Positions 1 to 4,715 of a stretch of 4,715 bases of DNA are shown piece after piece. Numbering within the stretch: position 1 is the first letter of the stretch; every line of letters starts with the position of its first letter. Origin of the DNA: a virus (Duplodnaviria > Heunggongvirae > Uroviricota > Caudoviricetes). The notes beneath the pieces were generated by a model that did no database searches, was not told where the DNA came from, and saw only the letters and a list, made by a program, of their open reading frames with translations. Both the position numbers and the translations under genes were made by a program. The stretch is taken from IMG/VR virus record IMGVR_UViG_2541047686_000001; one strand, given 5' to 3'.

Positions 1-303
1 TTCAGCATGAGAAATTGCCTCTGTGGGCCAGGTGGTAAGCACTTCCTGCTCAATCTGTTTAACGGCTTCATTCATGGAAGGCAGCTTTGTCTTCTTCGGA
101 TGGTTATGCCACAGGGACATCGCCACCAGAAACGCGCCGGTTCTGATGGCGTCTTCCACAGTAAACTTCCGGTTGCTGTCTGACTCCGCCTGTTCTGCCT
201 GCCGTTTCATCAGGGCGAGATGCTCAATACGCTGCAGGGCTGACAGTTCAGAAAGCGTGACGGTCACACCGTTATGTTCAAATGATTCGGTTTTCAGGAA
301 CAT
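1..303 (-). CDS. G: Tail assembly chaperone G, N-terminal 101 codons; 3' end lies beyond the window start
   Basis: Reverse-complement translation from the ATG at 303..301 gives MFLKTESFEHNGVTVTLSELS and the codon at 1..3 ends ...WPTEAISHAE, matching lambda gpG from memory. A 15-nt gap to the V stop with a GGAGA Shine-Dalgarno matches lambda V-G spacing. Not in the ORF track because no stop codon falls in the window. Confidence 0.88.
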   Translation of the reverse strand, partial: MFLKTESFEHNGVTVTLSELSALQRIEHLALMKRQAEQAESDSNRKFTVEDAIRTGAFLVAMSLWHNHPKKTKLPSMNEAVKQIEQEVLTTWPTEAISHAE

Positions 304-318
304 CGCTGACTCTCCGGA

Positions 319-1059
319 TTAACTGGCGGTGACGTTGATTTCTGCAACCGCAGCAAACTCACCATTACCGGATACGACCGGAATGTTGACCTTGCCTGCA
401 GCAACACCTTTCACGGTGATGGTCATACCACTGACCGACACGGTGGCTTTTGTTTTATCCGCAGACACCGCACGGAAGCTCTTGTCGGTTGCGCCCTCCG
501 GCTGGAATGCCACGGTCAGCGTGGTGCTCTGCCCTTTCACTACGGAAGCACTGGCGGGTGTCACCGTCATGCCGGTTGTCGCCGTCACCGTGCTGCGATC
601 TTCTGCCATCGACGGACGGCCCACATTGGTGACCTTCACCGTGCGGGTGATCACTTCCTTCGCCGTCACCGCCTTACCGATACTGCTGACCCAGCCGCGG
701 AACACATCGACCGTGCCGTTCGGGAAGCGGATTTTATAGGCTCGGGTATCCCCTTCATTAAACCACGCCAGCAGCGCCTGCTGCCCCTGCTCTCCGGGCA
801 TCCACGCCAGCGTGAAGCTGGTATCTCCGGCAGATTTCTGCCCCTGTCCGGTCGCGGTCCAGTCCGCATCTTCATCATCGAGATAACTGTCGTCATAGGA
901 CTCAGCGGTCAGTTCGCCGGGCGTCAGGTCTTTAACTTTAGCCAGACGCGACCAGTCAACGTCTGAAAGCGGGTTCGCATAAGGGTCACCGTTCCCCTTA
1001 TAAACCCACAGTGTGGTCCCGGCCCCTTTCACCGGTGCCAGAGGATTTGGTGTTGGCAT
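319..1059 (-). CDS. V: Major tail tube protein gpV (246 aa) with C-terminal Ig-like domain
   Basis: ORF 319..1089 translation from [22 protein letters not shown] to the end matches lambda gpV. Start placed at the ATG at 1059..1057, 7 nt after the U stop as in lambda; the track's longer start at 1089 overlaps U. Stop TAA at 321..319. Confidence 0.93.
   Translation of the reverse strand: MPTPNPLAPVKGAGTTLWVYKGNGDPYANPLSDVDWSRLAKVKDLTPGELTAESYDDSYLDDEDADWTATGQGQKSAGDTSFTLAWMPGEQGQQALLAWFNEGDTRAYKIRFPNGTVDVFRGWVSSIGKAVTAKEVITRTVKVTNVGRPSMAEDRSTVTATTGMTVTPASASVVKGQSTTLTVAFQPEGATDKSFRAVSADKTKATVSVSGMTITVKGVAAGKVNIPVVSGNGEFAAVAEINVTAS
736..830. repeat. Copy 1 of a 95-bp exact direct repeat, internal to V (codons about 77-108)
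   Basis: Base-by-base comparison shows 736..830 is identical to 4621..4715. The flanking bases 735 (t) and 4620 (g) differ. Confidence 0.95.
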
Positions 1060-1066
1060 ATCGTCC

Positions 1067-1462
1067 TCACATTTCATAGGTAATGACATAAGTCAGATCG
1101 GCTGAACTCCACAGGCCCGCATCATCGTCGCGCCGGTAGTCATAGCCACTGGCCACCATACTGGTGATCAAATCTGACAGTGCCGGGATATCGCTCATCA
1201 CCGGATAAATCCGGGACTCCATCCACGAATCCAGCTCTGAATCCGGCACCTGAGCAGGCAGGAAAACTTCAATATGCAGCTCCGCCTGCCAGGTATCACT
1301 GTCCAGCTCTTCGCCCGTGTATTCAGCGCCGGTGAGATAAACGGCAACTGCCGGAAAATCCGCCTCATCAAAAACAGCGGGGCGACCATCAAAAAACGTC
1401 GCCCCGGTGTCATGCTTCTCCAGTGCATCCAGTACGGCTGCACGGAGTTCAGTATGTTTCAT
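1067..1462 (-). CDS. U: Tail terminator protein gpU (131 aa)
   Basis: Translation [31 protein letters not shown]... matches lambda gpU in length and sequence. Its ATG (1462..1460) overlaps the Z stop TGA (1461..1459) in an ATGA arrangement, as in lambda. Confidence 0.94.
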   Translation of the reverse strand: MKHTELRAAVLDALEKHDTGATFFDGRPAVFDEADFPAVAVYLTGAEYTGEELDSDTWQAELHIEVFLPAQVPDSELDSWMESRIYPVMSDIPALSDLITSMVASGYDYRRDDDAGLWSSADLTYVITYEM

Positions 1463-2037
1463 CGCTTTATTACCATCCTCAGTTGATGCTGCAGCGCATA
1501 GCCCAGCTCTTTCGGAAGACGCTCACGCCGTATCCGCTCAATATTCTGTTTAAACGCCGTGGTCAGCGGCACCGCCATCGGAATTTTCACCACATCAATG
1601 GGGTAACGATTTTTCCCGGCCACACGCTGCATAACATGCCAGCGGCCATTTTTCAGTTGCTGAATAAACGCGCCGGGAATACGACGGTTTCCCACCACAA
1701 GCACGCTGCCGCCACCTTTCAGGGCTGAACGCTGCCCCTTTTTACGACGCCTGCGTCGGGACAGGACAATCCGCGCGTTACCCAGCTTTATTACGGGCAA
1801 ATCCCCCCGGTTAACCCTGATTCTGGCCTGCGGATTTTTGACCGTGGCCCTTTTCAGCCTGGCCCTTTCCTTTACCAGTTTCCGGCGTACCTTTGTCTCA
1901 CGGGCAACCTGTGACGCCGACTGCGATATCGCGGATGAAGCAACGCGGTTAATGGCCATTGCGGCGGCACCGGGCACCGCCGTTCTGCTGATACGGCTGA
2001 GGTTTTCAACGGCCTGCTCAAGACCTTTTATGGCCAT
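1459..2037 (-). CDS. Z: Tail completion protein gpZ (192 aa)
   Basis: Translation MAIKGLEQAVENLSRISRTAVPGAAAMAINRV... matches lambda gpZ at 192 aa. Shine-Dalgarno AGGGGG lies 4 nt upstream of the ATG at 2037..2035. Confidence 0.94.
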   Translation of the reverse strand: MAIKGLEQAVENLSRISRTAVPGAAAMAINRVASSAISQSASQVARETKVRRKLVKERARLKRATVKNPQARIRVNRGDLPVIKLGNARIVLSRRRRRKKGQRSALKGGGSVLVVGNRRIPGAFIQQLKNGRWHVMQRVAGKNRYPIDVVKIPMAVPLTTAFKQNIERIRRERLPKELGYALQHQLRMVIKR

Positions 2038-2048
2038 ACATCCCCCTT

Positions 2049-2402
2049 TCAGCGGCGACGGTTAACGGCAGGCGGTACGCCCCGCCCAAGCCAGAGATGA
2101 CAGCTTCCGCCATCATCCGGCGAAATCCGGTCTATCCAGAAGTTTTCCTCACCGATGGTCAGCGTGTCGCCGCGCCGCAGCTGCCGCACATCATCAGTCC
2201 GGACAAACAGGAACGGGCTGGAGCCTTCAACGCGCACGCCCTGTCCGGCATAGCTGATATTTTCAGGATCATCAAAAACACCACGTATCACAGCACCGGA
2301 CTGCTCACCGGATGTCATGGTGGCTGACGTTCCCATGTACCCGCGTATCGTTTCATCGGCGCGGGCAATGGCAGCATCGAACAGGTTATCGAAATCAGCC
2401 AC
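2049..2402 (-). CDS. FII: Head-tail joining protein gpFII (117 aa)
   Basis: Translation MADFDNLFDAAIARADETIRGYMGTSAT... matches lambda gpFII at 117 aa. The start codon is GTG (plus strand cac at 2400..2402), preceded by GGGAGG with a 5-nt spacer. Confidence 0.92.
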   Translation of the reverse strand: MADFDNLFDAAIARADETIRGYMGTSATMTSGEQSGAVIRGVFDDPENISYAGQGVRVEGSSPFLFVRTDDVRQLRRGDTLTIGEENFWIDRISPDDGGSCHLWLGRGVPPAVNRRR

Positions 2403-2413
2403 AGCGCCTCCCG

Positions 2414-2809
2414 TTATTGCATTCTGGCCAGGCCGCGCTCTGTCATTTCAGCTGCCACACCGGCAGAGACACGGAACGCCGTTCCCGGCAGCACAAATGC
2501 CACAGCCTCATCCCGCGTGGCGTGAAGTGCATCAGTATGCAGCGTCACCAGTGCCACAACCGTGACCAGATCAGCCGTATCAGTCACGGTATCCGGCTGC
2601 GCTGATACCACCTCATTTTCATGTCCGGTCAGCGCATTTTCCGGGCTGACAGATGTGTCCTGACCAGCAGCGTCATCCGTGTCATCAAGCTCCTCTTCCA
2701 GCTCTGCCACACGGAGTGCCAGTTCTTCTTTCGTCCCCGTCAGGCTGACATCACGGTTCAGTTGCTCACCCAGCACCTGAAGACGGGCAATCAGTTCATC
2801 TTTCGTCAT
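2414..2809 (-). CDS. FI: DNA packaging / head assembly accessory protein gpFI (131 aa)
   Basis: Translation from MTKDELIARLQVLGEQLNRDVSLTGTKEELALRVAEL... matches lambda gpFI. Start placed at the ATG at 2809..2807, which has a GGAGGAG Shine-Dalgarno (plus 2813..2819) upstream; the track's longer ORF to 2848 would run through the intergenic hairpin. Confidence 0.9.
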   Translation of the reverse strand: MTKDELIARLQVLGEQLNRDVSLTGTKEELALRVAELEEELDDTDDAAGQDTSVSPENALTGHENEVVSAQPDTVTDTADLVTVVALVTLHTDALHATRDEAVAFVLPGTAFRVSAGVAAEMTERGLARMQ

Positions 2810-2812
2810 GGA

Positions 2813-2819
2813 CTCCTCC
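2813..2819 (-). promoter_or_regulatory. Shine-Dalgarno sequence for FI (GGAGGAG)
   Basis: Plus strand ctcctcc at 2813..2819 is GGAGGAG on the minus strand, 3-5 nt upstream of the FI ATG at 2809. Confidence 0.6.
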
Positions 2820-2830
2820 ACAGAGAGAAA

Positions 2831-2848
2831 ATGGCCCCGAAGGGCCAT
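2831..2848 (-). promoter_or_regulatory. Candidate RNA stem-loop just after the E stop codon: 7-bp stem with a UUCG tetraloop, followed by UUUUCUCUCUG and the FI Shine-Dalgarno
   Basis: Plus strand atggccc(2831..2837) cgaa gggccat(2842..2848) is a perfect inverted repeat. On the mRNA it reads AUGGCCC-UUCG-GGGCCAU, beginning 2 nt after the E stop. Confidence 0.35.
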
Positions 2849-2850
2849 GA

Positions 2851-3876
2851 TTACGCCAGTTGTACGGACACGAACGCATCAGGGTCAGCCAGCAGCATCA
2901 GCGGTGCTGACTGAATCATGGTGAACTCACGCGCCGGATCGCCGGTGGTCACCCAGTTTTTCGGGTAGCGGGCAGAGGCGTTAATACCTTCGCGCTGTGC
3001 GTCCGCATCCTGAATGCAGCCATAGGTGCGCAGACCGCGTGCCTGAGTGTTCCCCAGCACCATCGTGTTGTCCGGCAGGAAGTTCTTTTTGACGTCGTTT
3101 TCCACGTACTGTCCGGAATACACGACGATCGCCGTATCGCCATACATCCCCTTATAGGACACCGCTTCGCCCAGATCTTTTACCGCTGTCTCCAGCTCGG
3201 AATGAGAGCCGCGACGGGTATCCAGCTTCTCCTTGACGGCTTTGAAGGAACGGAACAGCGCCCAGCCTTTCGGATCAAACACGATGATATTCACCACACC
3301 GCTGGCGTTCAGCGCGTAGGCTTCGATATCGTCGGTCGGGTCATACGTGGACTTGTCACGCTTGCTCCACTCCGTACCGCCGGACTGCGTGATGTTGTTC
3401 GCCACACTGCGGCCCATATCCACTTCAACCGGATCGAAGGCTTCACCGGTCATGGTATATTTGCCCTTAAGCACGGCAGAAACGGCCTGCATCTCTTCGA
3501 CCTGAGCAATGGCCAGCTCTTCGTCTCGCATGTTCTGCAGAATGATGCGACGGCGGCGGTAAGCCGGGTCCGCCAGATTCTGTGGATCTTCATCCGGCAG
3601 GCGACGCAGGGTCATCTGCGGATTCACCTCATGCTTCGGCTTGACATATCCCGGTGTAAATTCAGAGGTGGAGCCGCCACGGGAGCGGATAACCTCACCG
3701 GAAACAATCGGCGAAACGTACAGCGCCATGTTTACCAGTCCCGGAATTTGTGAGAGATAGACTTTCTCCGTGGTGAAGGGATAGCTCTCACGGAAAAAGA
3801 GACGCAGAAACAGCGGATCAAACTTAAATTTCTTCTCATTTGCCGCCAGCAGCTGGGCGGTTGTGTACATCGACAT
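2851..3876 (-). CDS. E: Major capsid protein gpE (341 aa, HK97-fold)
   Basis: Translation MSMYTTAQLLAANEKKFKFDPLFLRLFFRESYPFTTEKVYLSQIPGLVNMALYVSPIVSGEV... to ...LLADPDAFVSVQLA matches lambda gpE. The 1026-nt length equals lambda E. Start at the ATG at 3876..3874; the track's upstream extension uses a non-ATG codon (cac on plus at 3901..3903). Confidence 0.95.
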   Translation of the reverse strand: MSMYTTAQLLAANEKKFKFDPLFLRLFFRESYPFTTEKVYLSQIPGLVNMALYVSPIVSGEVIRSRGGSTSEFTPGYVKPKHEVNPQMTLRRLPDEDPQNLADPAYRRRRIILQNMRDEELAIAQVEEMQAVSAVLKGKYTMTGEAFDPVEVDMGRSVANNITQSGGTEWSKRDKSTYDPTDDIEAYALNASGVVNIIVFDPKGWALFRSFKAVKEKLDTRRGSHSELETAVKDLGEAVSYKGMYGDTAIVVYSGQYVENDVKKNFLPDNTMVLGNTQARGLRTYGCIQDADAQREGINASARYPKNWVTTGDPAREFTMIQSAPLMLLADPDAFVSVQLA

Positions 3877-3889
3877 AAAAAAATCCCGT

Positions 3890-3914
3890 AAAAAAAGCCG
3901 CACAGGCGGCCTTT
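3890..3914 (-). terminator. Candidate intrinsic-terminator-like hairpin in the D-E intergenic region: GC stem flanked by an A-tract and a U7 tract
   Basis: Plus strand gccgc(3897..3901) acag gcggc(3906..3910) preceded by aaaaaaa(3890..3896). On the mRNA it reads AAAG-GCCGC-CUGU-GCGGC-UUUUUUU, lying upstream of the E start at 3876. Confidence 0.3.
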
Positions 3915-3931
3915 AGTGATGAAGGGTAAGG

Positions 3932-4264
3932 TTAAACGATGCTGATTGCCGTTCCGGCAAACGCGGTCCGTTTTTTCGTCTCGTCGCTGGCAGCCTCCGG
4001 CCAGAGCACATCCTCATAACGGAACGTGCCGGACTTGTAGAACGTCAGCGTGGTGCTGGTCTGGTCAGCAGCAACCGCCAGAATGCCAACGGCAGCACCG
4101 TCGGTGGTGCCATCCCACACAACCAGCTTACGGGTGGAGGTGTCCAGCATCAGCGGGGTCATTGCAGGCGCTTTCGCACTCAATCCGCCGGGCGCGGTTG
4201 CCGTATGTGCCGGGTCACTGTTGCCCAGCGGCTGGTAATGGGTAAAGGTTTCTTTGCTCGTCAT
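3932..4264 (-). CDS. D: Capsid decoration protein gpD (110 aa)
   Basis: Translation [110 protein letters not shown] matches lambda gpD. Start at the second ATG (4264..4262), 9 nt after the C/Nu3 stop as in lambda; the first ATG at 4270 sits directly against the GGG of the Shine-Dalgarno. Confidence 0.94.
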   Translation of the reverse strand: MTSKETFTHYQPLGNSDPAHTATAPGGLSAKAPAMTPLMLDTSTRKLVVWDGTTDGAAVGILAVAADQTSTTLTFYKSGTFRYEDVLWPEAASDETKKRTAFAGTAISIV

Positions 4265-4273
4265 AAACATCCC

Positions 4274-4620
4274 TTACACTGGTGTGTTCAGCAAATCGTT
4301 AACGGCATCAGATGCCGGGTTACCTGCAGCCAGCGGTGCCGGTGCCCCCTGCATCAGACGATCCAGCGCAGTGTCACTGCGCGCCTGTGCACTCTGTGGT
4401 GCAGCTGCCAGAATGCGGCGGGCCGTTTCCACGGTCATACCGGGGGTTTCGGCCAGCACGCGTGCCTGTTCTTCGCGTCCGTGAGCCTCCTCACAGTTGA
4501 GGATCCCCATAATGCGACTGTTTTCTGCCGCAACCGCTGCGGTGATCTGCGCGTTCACGTCCGGCTGCGCCGCGCTGGCGTTCTCGCCCTCCGTCGCTTG
4601 CACCACCTCAGTAACGTCAG
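4274..4620 (-). CDS. C: C-terminal portion of the overlapping C (prohead protease) / Nu3 (scaffold) frame; N-terminal part is absent and the frame is cut at the repeat junction
   Basis: Translation ...[109 protein letters not shown] matches the shared C-terminus of lambda gpC/gpNu3. Stop TAA at 4276..4274. Beyond 4620 the sequence is V-derived and this frame hits a stop at 4640..4642. The track's start at 4606 is an internal GTG, not the native start. Confidence 0.82.
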
Positions 4621-4715
4621 ATAGGCTCGGGTATCCCCTTCATTAAACCACGCCAGCAGCGCCTGCTGCCCCTGCTCTCCGGGCATCCACGCCAGCGTGA
4701 AGCTGGTATCTCCGG
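4621..4715. repeat. Copy 2 of the 95-bp exact direct repeat (displaced V fragment); it runs to the window edge so true length may be greater
   Basis: Identical to 736..830. Abuts the truncated C/Nu3 frame at 4620|4621, where collinearity with lambda breaks. Confidence 0.95.

Noticed and set aside
1-303. G-T programmed -1 frameshift slippery site (GGGAAAG)
   Set aside because: No ctttccc or gggaaag motif occurs in 1..303. In lambda the site is at the extreme 3' end of G, which lies beyond the start of this window.
329-739. Plus-strand ORFs in the track (329..739, 450..632, 1274..1486, 1423..1728, 1838..2065, 2097..2327, 2312..2605, 2317..2565, 2621..2914, 3202..3753, 3946..4245, 4050..4238, 4205..4624, 4254..4484, 4312..4500, 23..322)
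   Set aside because: All lie antisense to and fully inside confidently identified lambda structural genes. Their translations are low-complexity and Arg/Cys/His-rich, as expected for shadow frames of GC-rich coding sequence, and none has a convincing ribosome binding site.
319-1089. Longer V ORF starting [10 protein letters not shown] at 1089
   Set aside because: The extension overlaps the 3' end of U in another frame. The ATG at 1059 gives the gpV N-terminus at 246 aa with lambda-like spacing.
2414-2848. Longer FI ORF starting MALRGHFLSVEES at 2848
   Set aside because: The extension would begin inside the E-FI hairpin and lacks a Shine-Dalgarno sequence. The ATG at 2809 has GGAGGAG upstream and matches the lambda gpFI N-terminus MTKDELIARL.
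666-3143. Minus-strand alternative-frame ORFs 666..896, 1198..1443 and 2949..3143
   Set aside because: They overlap V, U and E in other frames; they are frame shadows, not genes.
2851-3903. Longer E ORF starting MRLFLRDFF at 3903
   Set aside because: That start is a non-ATG codon inside the D-E intergenic hairpin. The ATG at 3876 reproduces the known gpE N-terminus MSMYTT and its 341-aa length.
3932-4270. D start at the first ATG (4270), giving MFMTSKE
   Set aside because: That ATG directly abuts the GGG of the Shine-Dalgarno with no spacer. The second ATG at 4264 gives the lambda gpD N-terminus MTSKETF at 110 aa.
1-4715. CRISPR arrays, tRNA/rRNA genes, IS elements or transposases, integrase/att sites, defence or toxin-antitoxin genes
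   Set aside because: No short regularly spaced repeats, no tRNA-like cloverleaf candidates, and no ORF outside the nine lambda structural genes. The only repeat is the single 95-bp duplication.
4621-4715. Interpreting the terminal repeat as a circular-contig overlap
   Set aside because: A circular overlap would make the window end match the window start (1 onward). Instead it matches an internal position (736 onward) and 1..735 has no second copy, so simple circular wrap-around does not explain it.

Overview
This window is a well-known module, not a new system: a segment of a phage lambda-like late morphogenesis operon, with every gene on the minus strand. Reading the minus strand from high to low coordinates, the order is C/Nu3 (3' part only), D, E, FI, FII, Z, U, V, G (5' part only), with spacing that matches my memory of the lambda map. 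Identifications rest on the supplied translations matching lambda proteins as I recall them; no search was run. The one clear anomaly is that 4621..4715 is an exact copy of 736..830 (an internal piece of V), joined abruptly to the truncated C/Nu3 frame at 4620|4621. This is either a real rearrangement such as a tandem duplication of about 3.9 kb, or an assembly or construction artefact. Secondary observations are two GC-rich stem-loops flanking the major capsid gene E. I found no CRISPR array, tRNA, transposase or defence-type genes. The plus-strand ORFs in the track are antisense shadows.
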